Assembly: GCF_009914755.1 (NCBI RefSeq)
Contig: NC_060945.1
DNA: 64,000 bases
Strand: one strand, 5' to 3'
From: the human T2T-CHM13v2.0 reference genome, Homo sapiens
This document shows positions 37,043 through 50,500 of this stretch, in pieces. The position numbers were made by a program, and so were the translations under genes. Under the pieces are notes generated by a model. The model was given only the letters and a program-made list of their open reading frames with translations, made no database searches and was not told the DNA's origin. Positions within the stretch are counted from its first letter, which is position 1, and each line of letters begins with the position of its first letter.

Positions 37043-40000
37043 CTCGTTTTTATGGGAAGATATTTCCTTTTTCACCGTAGGCGTCAAGGCGATCGAAATG
37101 TCCACTTCCACAAACTACAAAAAGAGTGTTTCAAACCTGCTCTATGAAAGGGAATCTTCAACTCTATGAGTTGAATGCAGACATCAGAAAGAAATTTCTG
37201 AGAATGCTGCTGTCTACCTTTTATTTGAATTCCCGCTTCCAACGAAATCCTCCAAGGTATCCAAATATCCACCTGCATTTTCCACAAAAAGAGTATTTCA
37301 AAACTGTTCTATCAATAGAAATGTTCAACTCCTTTGGCTGGGTACACACATCACAAACAAGTTTCTGAGAATGCTTCTGTCTAGTTTTTATGGGAAGACA
37401 TTCCCTTTTTCACCAAAGGCATCAAAGCGCTCCAAATGTCCACTTCCAGACACTACAAAAAGAGTGTTTCCAACGTGCTCTAAGAAAGCGAATGTTCAAC
37501 TCTGTGACTTGAATGCAGATATCACAAAGTAGTTTCTGAGAGTGCTTCTGTCTAGATTTTAGATGATGATATTCCCGTTTCCAACGAAATCATTAGAGCT
37601 ATCCAAATATCCACTTACAGTTTCTACAAAAAGAGTGTTTCCAAACTGCTGCATCAAAAGAGAGGTTCCACTCTGTTAGCTGAGTACACACATCACAAAC
37701 TTGTTTCTCAGAATCCTTCTGTCTCGTTTTTATGGGAAGATATTTACTTTTTCACCGTAGGCATCAAAGCGCTCCAAATGTCCACATCCAGATACTCCAG
37801 AAAGAGTGTTTCAAACCTGCTCTATGAAAGGGAATGTTCAATTCTATGAGTTGAATGCAGACATCAGAAAGAAATTTCTGAGAATGCTGCTGTCTACCTT
37901 TTATTTGAATTCCCGCTTCCAATGAAATCCTCCAAGCTATCCAAATATCCACTTGCAGATTCCACAAAAAGAGTGTTTCAAAACTGCTCTCTATCAATGG
38001 CAAAGTTCAACTCTGTTAGTTGAGGACACATATCACCAACAAGTTTCTGAGAATGCTTCTGTCTATTTTTTATGGGAAGATATTTCCTTTTTCACCGTAG
38101 GCGTCAAGGCGATCGAAATGTCCACTTCCACAAACTACAAAAAGAGTGTTTCAAACCTGCTCTATGAAAGGCCATGTTCATCTCTATGAGTTGAATGGAA
38201 ATATCCGAAAGAAATTTCTGGGAATGCTGCTGTCTAGTGTTTATACGAATTCCCGCTTCCAACGAAATCCTCAAAGCAATCCAAATATCCACTTGCAGAA
38301 TCCACAAAAAGAGTGTTTCAAAACTGCTCTATCAATAGAAAGGTTCAACTCTTTTAGTTGAGTACACACATCACGAACAAGTTTCTGAGAATGCTTCTGT
38401 CTGGCTTTTATTGGAAGACGTTTCCTTTTCAACAAAGGCATCAAAGCGCTCCAAATGTCCACTTCCAGATTCTTCCAAAAGAGTGTTTCAAACGTGCTCA
38501 AAGTAAGGGAATGTTCAACTCTGTGACTTGAATGCAGATATCACCAAGTAGTTTCTAATAGTGCTTCTGTCTAGATTTTAGATGATGATATTCCCGTTTC
38601 CAACGAAATCGCTAGAGCTATCCAAATATCCAGTTACAGTTTCTACCAAAAGGGTGTTTCCAAATTGCTGCATCAAAAGAAAGGTTCAACTCTGTTAGTT
38701 GAGGACACACATCACAAAGAAGTTTGTGAGAATGCTTCTGTCTAGATTTTGTATGACGATATTCCCTTTTCCAACGATATCGTTAAAGCAATCTAAATAT
38801 CAATTTGCAGAATCCACAAAAATAGAGTTTCAAAGCTGCTCTGTAAAAAGAAAGGTTCCACTCTGTTAGCTGAGTACACACATCACAAACTTGTTTCTGA
38901 GAATCCTTCTGTCTCGTTTTTATGGGAAGATATATACTTTTCCACCGTAGGCATCAAAGCGCTCCAAATGTCCACATCCAGATACTCCAGAACGAGTGTT
39001 TCAAACCTGCTCTATGAAAGGGAATCTTCAACTCTATGAGTTGAATGCAGACATCAGAAAGAAATTTCTGAGAATGCTGCTGTCTACCTTTTATTTGAAT
39101 TCCCGCTTCCAACGAAATCCTCCAAGCTATCCAAATATCCACCTGCATTTTCCACAACAAGAGTGTTTCAAAACTGCTCTATCAATAGAAATGTTCAACT
39201 CCTTTGGCTGGGTACACACATCACAAACAAGTTTCTGAGAATGCTTCTGTCTAGTTTTTATGGGAAGACGTTCCCTTTTTCACCAAAGGCATCAAAGCGC
39301 TCCAAATGTCCACTTCCAGACACTACAAAAAGAGTGTTTCCAACGTGCTCTAAGAAAGCGAATGTTCAACTCTGTGACTTGAATGCAGATATCACAAAGT
39401 AGTTTCTGAGAGGGCTTCTGTCTAGATTTTAGATGATGATATTCCCGTTTCCAACGAAATCATTAGAGCTATCCAAATATCCACTTACAGTTTCTACAAA
39501 AAGAGTGTTTCCAAACTGCTGCATCAAAAGAGAGGTTCCACTCTGTTAGCTGAGTACACACATCACAAACTTGTTTCTCAGAATCCTTCTGTCTCGTTTT
39601 TATGGGAAGATATTTACTTTTTCACCGTAGGCATCAAAGCGCTCCAAATGTCCACATCCAGATACTCCAGAAAGAGTGTTTCAAACCTGCTCTATGAAAG
39701 GGAATGTTCAACTCTATGAGTTGAATGCAGACATCAGAAAGAAATTTCTGAGAATGCTGCTGTCTACCTTTTATTTGAATTCCCGCTTCCAACGAAATCC
39801 TCCAAGCTATCCAAATATCCACTTGCAGATTCCACAAAAAGAGTGTTTCAAAACTGCTCTCTATCAATGGCAAAGTTCAACTCTGTTAGTTGAGGACACA
39901 TATCACCAACAAGTTTCTGAGAATGCTTCTGTCTATTTTTTATGGGAAGATATTTCCTTTTTCACCGTAGGCGTCAAGGCGATCGAAATGTCCACTTCCA

Positions 40001-43000
40001 CAAACTACAAAAAGAGTGTTTCAAACCTGCTCTATGAAAGGCCATGTTCATCTCTATGAGTTGAATGGATATATCGGAAAGAAATTTCTGGGAATGCTGC
40101 TGTCTAGTTTTTATACGAATTCCCGCTTCCAACGAAATCCTCAAAGCAATCCAAATATCCACTTGCAGAATCCACAAAAAGAGTGTTTCAAAACTGCTCT
40201 ATCAATAGAAAGGTTCAACTCTTTTAGTTGAGTACACACATCACGAACAAGTTTCTGAGAATGCTTCTGTCTGGCTTTTATTGGAAGACGTTTCCTTTTC
40301 ACCAAAGGCATCAAAGCGCTCCAAATGTCCACTTCCAGATTCTTCCAAAAGAGTGTTTCAAACGTGCTCAAAGTAAGGGAATGTTCAACTCTGTGACTTG
40401 AATGCAGATATCACCAAGTAGTTTCTAATAGTGCTTCTGTCTACATTTTAGATGATGATATTCCCGTTTCCAACGAAATCGTTAGAGCTATCCAAATATC
40501 CAGTTACAGTTTCTACCAAAAGGGTGTTTCCAAATTGCTGCATCAAAAGAAAGGTTCAACTCTGTTAGTTGAGGACACACATCACAAAGAAGTTTGTGAG
40601 AATGCTTCTGTCTAGATTTTGTATGACGATATTCCCTTTTCCAACGATATCGTTAAAGCAATCTAAATATCAATTTGCAGAATCCACAAAAATAGAGTTT
40701 CAAAGCTGCTCTGTAAAAAGAAAGGTTCCACTCTGTTAGCTGAGTACACACATCACAAACTTGTTTCTGAGAATCCTTCTGTCTCGTTTTTATGGGAAGA
40801 TATTTACTTTTCCACCGTAGGCATCAAAGCGCTCCAAATGTCCACATCCAGATACTCCAGAAAGAGTGTTTCAAACCTGCTCTATGAAAGGGAATCTTCA
40901 ACTCTATGAGTTGAATGCAGACATCAGAAAGAAATTTCTGAGAATGCTGCTGTCTACCTTTTATTTGAATTCCCGCTTCCAACGAAATCCTCCAAGCTAT
41001 CCAAATATCCACCTGCATTTTCCACAAAAAGAGTGTTTCAAAACTGCTCTATCAATAGAAATGTTCAACTCCTTTGGCTGGGTACACACATCACAAACAA
41101 GTTTCTGAGAATGCTTCTGTCTAGTTTTTATGGGAAGACATTCCCTTTTTCACCAAAGGCATCAAAGCGCTCCAAATGTCCACTTCCAGACACTACAAAA
41201 AGAGTGTTTCCAACGTGCTCTAAGAAAGCGAATGTTCAACTCTGTGACTTGAATGCAGATATCACAAAGTAGTTTCTGAGAGTGCTTCTGTCTAGATTTT
41301 AGATGATGATATTCCCGTTTCCAACGAAATCATTAGAGCTATCCAAATATCCACTTACAGTTTCTACAAAAAGAGTGTTTCCAAACTGCTGCATCAAAAG
41401 AGAGGTTCCACTCTGTTAGCTGAGTACACACATCACAAACTTGTTTCTCAGAATCCTTCTGTCTCGTTTTTATGGGAAGATATTTACTTTTTCACCGTAG
41501 GCATCAAAGCGCTCCAAATGTCCACATCCAGATACTCCAGAAAGAGTGTTTCAAACCTGCTCTATGAAAGGGAATCTTCAACTCTATGAGTTGAATGCAG
41601 ACATCAGAAAGAAATTTCTGAGAATGCTGCTGTCTACCTTTTATTTGAATTCCCGCTTCCAACGAAATCCTCCAAGCTATCCAAATATCCACTTGCAGAT
41701 TCCACAAAAAGAGTGTTTCAAAACTGCTCTCTATCAATGGCAAAGTTCAACTCTGTTAGTTGAGGACACATATCACCAACAAGTTTCTGAGAATGCTTCT
41801 GTCTATTTTTTATGGGAAGATATTTCCTTTTTCACCGTAGGCGTCAAGGCGATCGAAATGTCCACTTCCACAAACTACAAAAAGAGTGTTTCAAACCTGC
41901 TCTATGAAAGGCCATGTTCATCTCTATGAGTTGAATGGAAATATCCGAAAGAAATTTCTGGGCATGCTGCTGTCTAGTGTTTATACGAATTCCCGCTTCC
42001 AACGAAATCCTCAAAGCAATCCAAATATCCACTTGCAGAATCCACAAAAAGAGTGTTTCAAAACTGCTCTATCAATAGAAAGGTTCAACTCTTTTAGTTG
42101 AGTACACACATCACGAACAAGTTTCTGAGAATGCTTCTGTCTGGCTTTTATTGGAAGACGTTTCCTTTTCACCAAAGGCATCAAAGCGCTCCAAATGTCC
42201 ACTTCCAGATTCTTCCAAAAGAGTGTTTCAAACGTGCTCAAAGTAAGGGAATGTTCAACTCTGTGACTTGAATGCAGATATCACCAAGTAGTTTCTAATA
42301 GTGCTTCTGTCTAGATTTTAGATGATGATATTCCCGTTTCCAACGAAATCGCTAGAGCTATCCAAATATCCAGTTACAGTTTCTACTAAAAGGGTGTTTC
42401 CAAATTGCTGCATCAAAAGAAAGGTTCAACTCTGTTAGTTGAGGACACACATCACAAAGAAGTTTGTGAGAATGCTTCTGTCTAGATTTTGTATGACGAT
42501 ATTCCCTTTTCCAACGATATCGTTAAAGCAATCTAAATATCAATTTGCAGAATCCACAAAAATAGAGTTTCAAAGCTGCTCTGTAAAAAGAAAGGTTCCA
42601 CTCTGTTAGCTGAGTACACACATCACAAACTTGTTTCTGAGAATCCTTCTGTCTCGTTTTTATGGGAAGATATTTACTTTTCCACCGTAGGCATCAAAGC
42701 GCTCCAAATGTCCACATCCAGATACTCCAGAACGAGTGTTTCAAACCTGCTCTATGAAAGGGAATCTTCAACTCTATGAGTTGAATGCAGACATCAGAAA
42801 GAAATTTCTGAGAATGCTGCTGTCTACCTTTTATTTGAATTCCCGCTTCCAACGAAATCCTCCAAGCTATCCAAATATCCACCTGCATTTTCCACAACAA
42901 GAGTGTTTCAAAACTGCTCTATCAATAGAAATGTTCAACTCCTTTGGCTGGGTACACACATCACAAACAAGTTTCTGAGAATGCTTCTGTCTAGTTTTTA

Positions 43001-46000
43001 TGGGAAGACGTTCCCTTTTTCACCAAAGGCATCAAAGCGCTCCAAATGTCCACTTCCAGACACTACAAAAAGAGTGTTTCCAACGTGCTCTAAGAAAGCG
43101 AATGTTCAACTCTGTGACTTGAATGCAGATATCACAAAGTAGTTTCTGAGAGGGCTTCTGTCTAGATTTTAGATGATGATATTCCCGTTTCCAACGAAAT
43201 CATTAGAGCTATCCAAATATCCACTTACAGTTTCTACAAAAAGAGTGTTTCCAAACTGCTGCATCAAAAGAGAGGTTCCACTCTGTTAGCTGAGTACACA
43301 CATCACAAACTTGTTTCTCAGAATCCTTCTGTCTCGTTTTTATGGGAAGATATTTACTTTTTCACCGTAGGCATCAAAGCGCTCCAAATGTCCACATCCA
43401 GATACTCCAGAAAGAGTGTTTCAAACCTGCTCTATGAAAGGGAATCTTGAACTCTATGAGTTGAATGCAGACATCAGAAAGAAATTTCTGAGAATGCTGC
43501 TGTCTACCTTTTATTTGAATTCCCGCTTCCAACGAAATCCTCCAAGCTATCCAAATATCCACTTGCAGATTCCACAAAAAGAGTGTTTCAAAACTGCTCT
43601 CTATCAATGGCAAAGTTCAACTCTGTTAGTTGAGGACACATATCACCAACAAGTTTCTGAGAATGCTTCTGTCTATTTTTTATGGGAAGATATTTCCTTT
43701 TTCACCGTAGGCGTCAAGGCGATCGAAATGTCCACTTCCACAAACTACAAAAAGAGTGTTTCAAACCTGCTCTATGAAAGGCCATGTTCATCTCTATGAG
43801 TTGAATGGATATATCCGAAAGAAATTTCTGGGAATGCTGCTGTCTAGTTTTTATACGAATTCCCGATTCCAACGAAATCCTCAAAGCAATCCAAATATCC
43901 ACTTGCAGAATCCACAAAAAGAGTGTTTCAAAACTGCTCTATCAATAGAAAGGTTCAACTCTTTTAGTTGAGTACACACATCACGAACAAGTTTCTGAGA
44001 ATGCTTCTGTCTGGCTTTTATTGGAAGACGTTTCCTTTTCACCAAAGGCATCAAAGCGCTCCAAATGTCCACTTCCAGATTCTTCCAAAAGAGTGTTTCA
44101 AACGTGCTCAAAGTAAGGGAATGTTCAACTCTGTGACTTGAATGCAGATATCACCAAGTAGTTTCTAATAGTGCTTCTGTCTAGATTTTAGATGATGATA
44201 TTCCCGTTTCCAACGAAATCGCTAGAGCTATCCAAATATCCAGTTACAGTTTCTACTAAAAGGGTGTTTCCAAATTGCTGCATCAAAAGAAAGGTTCAAC
44301 TCTGTTAGTTGAGGACACACATCACAAAGAAGTTTGTGAGAATGCTTCTGTCTAGATTTTGTATGACGATATTCCCTTTTCCAACGATATCGTTAAAGCA
44401 ATCTAAATATCAATTTGCAGAATCCACAAAAATAGAGTTTCAAAGCTGCTCTGTAAAAAGAAAGGTTCCACTCTGTTAGCTGAGTACACACATCACAAAC
44501 TTGTTTCTGAGAATCCTTCTGTCTCGTTCTTATGGGAAGATATATACTTTTCCACCGAAGGCATCAAAGCGCTCCAAATGTCCACATCCAGATACTCCAG
44601 AACGAGTGTTTCAAACCTGCTCTATGAAAGGGAATCTTCAACTCTATGAGTTGAATGCAGACATCAGAAAGAAATTTCTGAGAATGCTGCTGTCTACCTT
44701 TTATTTGAATTCCCGCTTCCAACGAAATCCTCCAAGCTATCCAAATATCCACCTGCATTTTCCACAACAAGAGTGTTTCAAAACTGCTCTATCAATAGAA
44801 ATGTTCAACTCCTTTGGCTGGGTACACACATCACAAACAAGTTTCTGAGAATGCTTCTGTCTAGTTTTTATGGGAAGACGTTCCCTTTTTCACCAAAGGC
44901 ATCAAAGCGCTCCAAATGTCCACTTCCAGACACTACAAAAAGAGTGTTTCCAACGTGCTCTAAGAAAGCGAATGTTCAACTCTGTGACTTGAATGCAGAT
45001 ATCACAAAGTAGTTTCTGAGAGGGCTTCTGTCTAGATTTTAGATGATGATATTCCCGTTTCCAACGAAATCATTAGAGCTATCCAAATATCCACTTACAG
45101 TTTCTACAAAAAGAGTGTTTCCAAACTGCTGCATCAAAAGAGAGGTTCCACTCTGTTAGCTGAGTACACACATCACAAACTTGTTTCTCAGAATCCTTCT
45201 GTCTCGTTTTTATGGGAAGATATTTACTTTTTCACCGTAGGCATCAAAGCGCTCCAAATGTCCACATCCAGATACTCCAGAAAGAGTGTTTCAAACCTGC
45301 TCTATGAAAGGGAATCTTCAACTCTATGAGTTGAATGCAGACATCAGAAAGAAATTTCTGAGAATGCTGCTGTCTACCTTTTATTTGAATTCCCGCTTCC
45401 AACGAAATCCTCCAAGCTATCCAAATATCCACTTGCAGATTCCACAAAAAGAGTGTTTCAAAACTGCTCTCTATCAATGGCAAAGTTCAACTCTGTTAGT
45501 TGAGGACACATATCACCAACAAGTTTCTGAGAATGCTTCTGTCTATTTTTTATGGGAAGATATTTCCTTTTTCACCGTAGGCGTCAAGGCGATCGAAATG
45601 TCCACTTCCACAAACTACAAAAAGAGTGTTTCAAACCTGCTCTATGAAAGGCCATGTTCATCTCTATGAGTTGAATGGATATATCCGAAAGAAATTTCTG
45701 GGAATGCTGCTGTCTAGTTTTTATACGAATTCCCGCTTCCAACGAAATCCTCAAAGCAATCCAAATATCCACTTGCAGAATCCACAAAAAGAGTGTTTCA
45801 AAACTGCTCTATCAATAGAAAGGTTCAACTCTTTTAGTTGAGTACACACATCACGAACAAGTTTCTGAGAATGCTTCTGTCTGGCTTTTATTGGAAGACG
45901 TTTCCTTTTCACCAAAGGCATCAAAGCGCTCCAAATGTCCACTTCCAGATTCTTCCAAAAGAGTGTTTCAAACGTGCTCAAAGTAAGGGAATGTTCAACT

Positions 46001-46392
46001 CTGTGACTTGAATGCAGATATCACCAAGTAGTTTCTAATAGTGCTTCTGTCTACATTTTAGATGATGATATTCCCGTTTCCAACGAAATCGTTAGAGCTA
46101 TCCAAATATCCAGTTACAGTTTCTACCAAAAGGGTGTTTCCAAATTGCTGCATCAAAAGAAAGGTTCAACTCTGTTAGTTGAGGACACACATCACAAAGA
46201 AGTTTGTGAGAATGCTTCTGTCTAGATTTTGTATGACGATATTCCCTTTTCCAACGATATCGTTAAAGCAATCTAAATATCAATTTGCAGAATCTACAAA
46301 AATAGAGTTTCAAAGCTGCTCTGTAAAAAGAAAGGTTCCACTCTGTTAGCTGAGTACACACATCACAAACTTGTTTCTGAGAATCCTTCTGT

Positions 46393-47582
46393 CTCGTTTT
46401 TATGGGAAGATATTTACTTTTCCACCGTAGGCATCAAAGCGCTCCAAATGTCCACATCCAGATACTCCAGAACGAGTGTTTCAAACCTGCTCTATGAAAG
46501 GGAATCTTCAACTCTATGAGTTGAATGCAGACATCAGAAAGAAATTTCTGAGAATGCTGCTGTCTACCTTTTATTTGAATTCCCGCTTCCAACGAAATCC
46601 TCCAAGCTATCCAAATATCCACCTGCATTTTACACAAAAAGAGTGTTTCAAAACTGCTCTCTATCAATGGCAAAGTTCAACTCTGTTAGTTGAGGACACA
46701 TATCACCAACAAGTTTCTGAGAATGCTTCTGTCTATTTTTTATGGGAAGATATTTCCTTTTTCACCGTAGGCGTCAAGGCGATCGAAATGTCCACTTCCA
46801 CAAACTACAAAAAGAGTGTTTCAAACCTGCTCTATGAAAGGCCATGTTCATCTCTATGAGTTGAATGGAAATTTCCGAAAGAAATTTCTGGGAATGCTGC
46901 TGTCTAGTGTTTATACGAATTCCCGCTTCCAACGAAATCCTCAAAGCAATCCAAATATCCACTTGCAGAATCCACAAAAAGAGTGTTTCAAAACTGCTCT
47001 ATCAATAGAAAGGTTCAACTCTTTTAGTTGAGTACACACATCACGAACAAGTTTCTGAGAATGCTTCTGTCTGGCTTTTATTGGAAGACGTTTCCTTTTC
47101 AGCAAAGGCATCAAAGCGCTCCAAATGTCCACTTCCAGATTCTTCCAAAAGAGTGTTTCAAACGTGCTCAAAGTAAGGGAATGTTCAACTCTGTGACTTG
47201 AATGCAGATATCACCAAGTAGTTTCTAATAGTGCTTCTGTCTACATTTTAGATGATGATATTCCCGTTTCCAACGAAATCGTTAGAGCTATCCAAATATC
47301 CAGTTACAGTTTCTACCAAAAGGGTGTTTCCAAATTGCTGCATCAAAAGAAAGGTTCAACTCTGTTAGTTGAGGACACACATCACAAAGAAGTTTGTGAG
47401 AATGCTTCTGTCTAGATTTTGTATGACGATATTCCCTTTTCCAACGATATCGTTAAAGCAATCTAAATATCAATTTGCAGAATCCACAAAAATAGAGTTT
47501 CAAAGCTGCTCTGTAAAAAGAAAGGTTCCACTCTGTTAGCTGAGTACACACATCACAAACTTGTTTCTGAGAATCCTTCTGT
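46393..47582 (-). repeat. 7-mer HOR variant (1,190 bp; 680-bp four-monomer deletion)
   Basis: Anchor spacing 46434 to 47624 is 1,190 bp. The hybrid monomer acctgcatttt...aactgctctctatcaatggc lies at 46621-46671. Confidence 0.93.
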
Positions 47583-50500
47583 CTCGTTTTTATGGGAAGA
47601 TATTTACTTTTCCACCGTAGGCATCAAAGCGCTCCAAATGTCCACATCCAGATACTCCAGAAAGAGTGTTTCAAACCTGCTCTATGAAAGGGAATCTTCA
47701 ACTCTATGAGTTGAATGCAGACATCAGAAAGAAATTTCTGAGAATGCTGCTGTCTACCTTTTATTTGAATTCCCGCTTCCAACGAAATCCTCCAAGCTAT
47801 CCAAATATCCACTTGCATTTTCCACAAAAAGAGTGTTTCAAAACTGCTCTATCAATAGAAATGTTCAACTCCTTTGGCTGGGTACACACATCACAAACAA
47901 GTTTCTGAGAATGCTTCTGTCTAGTTTTTATGGGAAGACGTTCCCTTTTTCACCAAAGGCATCAAAGCGCTCCAAATGTCCACTTCCAGACACTACAAAA
48001 AGAGTGTTTCCAACGTGCTCTAAGAAAGCGAATGTTCAACTCTGTGACTTGAATGCAGATATCACAAAGTAGTTTCTGAGAGGGCTTCTGTCTAGATTTT
48101 AGATGATGATATTCCCGTTTCCAACGAAATCATTAGAGCTATCCAAATATCCACTTACAGTTTCTACAAAAAGAGTGTTTCCAAACTGCTGCATCAAAAG
48201 AGAGGTTCCACTCTGTTAGCTGAGTACACACATCACAAACTTGTTTCTCAGAATCCTTCTGTCTCGTTTTTATGGGAAGATATTTACTTTTCCACCGTAG
48301 GCATCAAAGCGCTCCAAATGTCCACATCCAGATACTCCAGAAAGAGTGTTTCAAACCTGCTCTATGAAAGGGAATGTTCAACTCTATGAGTTGAATGCAG
48401 ACATCAGAAAGAAATTTCTGAGAATGCTGCTGTCTACCTTTTATTTGAATTCCCGCTTCCAACGAAATCCTCCAAGCTATCCAAATATCCACTTGCAGAT
48501 TCCACAAAAAGAGTGTTTCAAAACTGCTCTCTATCAATGGCAAAGTTCAACTCTGTTAGTTGAGGACACATATCACCAACAAGTTTCTGAGAATGCTTCT
48601 GTCTATTTTTTATGGGAAGATATTTCCTTTTTCACCGTAGGCGTCAAGGCGATCGAAATGTCCACTTCCACAAACTACAAAAAGAGTGTTTCAAACCTGC
48701 TCTATGAAAGGCCATGTTCATCTCTATGAGTTGAATGGAAATATCCGAAAGAAATTTCTGGGAATGCTGCTGTCTAGTGTTTATACGAATTCCCGCTTCC
48801 AACGAAATCCTCAAAGCAATCCAAATATCCACTTGCAGAATCCACAAAAAGAGTGTTTCAAAACTGCTCTATCAATAGAAAGGTTCAACTCTTTTAGTTG
48901 AGTACACACATCACGAACAAGTTTCTGAGAATGCTTCTGTCTGGCTTTTATTGGAAGACGTTTCCTTTTCACCAAAGGCATCAAAGCGCTCCAAATGTCC
49001 ACTTCCAGATTCTTCCAAAAGAGTGTTTCAAACGTGCTCAAAGTAAGGGAATGTTCAACTCTGTGACTTGAATGCAGATATCACCAAGTAGTTTCTAATA
49101 GTGCTTCTGTCTACATTTTAGATGATGATATTCCCGTTTCCAACGAAATCGTTAGAGCTATCCAAATATCCAGTTACAGTTTCTACCAAAAGGGTGTTTC
49201 CAAATTGCTGCATCAAAAGAAAGGTTCAACTCTGTTAGTTGAGGACACACATCACAAAGAAGTTTGTGAGAATGCTTCTGTCTAGATTTTGTATGACGAT
49301 ATTCCCTTTTCCAACGATATCGTTAAAGCAATCTAAATATCAATTTGCAGAATCCACAAAAATAGAGTTTCAAAGCTGCTCTGTAAAAAGAAAGGTTCCA
49401 CTCTTTTAGCTGAGTACACACATCACAAACTTGTTTCTGAGAATCCTTCTGTCTCGTTTTTATGGGAAGATATTTACTTTTCCACCGTAGGCACCAAAGC
49501 GCTCCAAATGTCCACATCCAGATACTCCAGAAAGAGTGTTTCAAACCTGCTCTATGAAAGGGAATCTTCAACTCTATGAGTTGAATGCAGACATCAGAAA
49601 GAAATTTCTGAGAATGCTGCTGTCTACCTTTCATTTGAATTCCCGCTTCCAACGAAATCCTCCAAGCTATCCAAATATCCACCTGCATTTTCCACAACAA
49701 GAGTGTTTCAAAACTGCTCTATCAATAGAAATGTTCAACTCCTTTGGCTGGGTACACACATCACAAACAAGTTTCTGAGAATGCTTCTGTCTAGTTTTTA
49801 TGGGAAGACGTTCCCTTTTTCACCAAAGGCATCAAAGCGCTCCAAATGTCCACTTCCAGACACTACAAAAAGAGTGTTTCCAACGTGCTCTAAGAAAGCG
49901 AATGTTCAACTCTGTGACTTGAATGCAGATATCACAAAGTAGTTTCTGAGAGGGCTTCTGTCTAGATTTTAGATGATGATATTCCCGTTTCCAACGAAAT
50001 CATTAGAGCTATCCAAATATCCACTTACAGTTTCTACAAAAAGAGTGTTTCCAAACTGCTGCATCAAAAGAGAGGTTCCACTCTGTTAGCTGAGTACACA
50101 CATCACAAACTTGTTTCTCAGAATCCTTCTGTCTCGTTTTTATGGGAAGATATTTACTTTTTCACCGTAGGCATCAAAGCGCTCCAAATGTCCACATCCA
50201 GATACTCCAGAAAGAGTGTTTCAAACCTGCTCTATGAAAGGGAATGTTCAACTCTATGAGTTGAATGCAGACATCAGAAAGAAATTTCTGAGAATGCTGC
50301 TGTCTACCTTTTATTTGAATTCCCGCTTCCAACGAAATCCTCCAAGCTATCCAAATATCCACTTGCAGATTCCACAAAAAGAGTGTTTCAAAACTGCTCT
50401 CTATCAATGGCAAAGTTCAACTCTGTTAGTTGAGGACACATATCACCAACAAGTTTCTGAGAATGCTTCTGTCTATTTTTTAAGGGAAGATATTCCCTTT

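Noticed and set aside
43861-43877. CENP-B box variants tcccgAttccaacgaaa (43861, 50661, 54401, 63071) and tcccgtttcAaacgaaa (13954)
   Set aside because: The changes fall outside the 9 core positions, so I did not count them as box losses.
44501-44848. Extended ORFs of 115 aa (44501, 55041) and 125 aa (49323, 59863)
   Set aside because: Single SNVs remove stop codons. They are useful only as markers of the 10.5-kb duplication.
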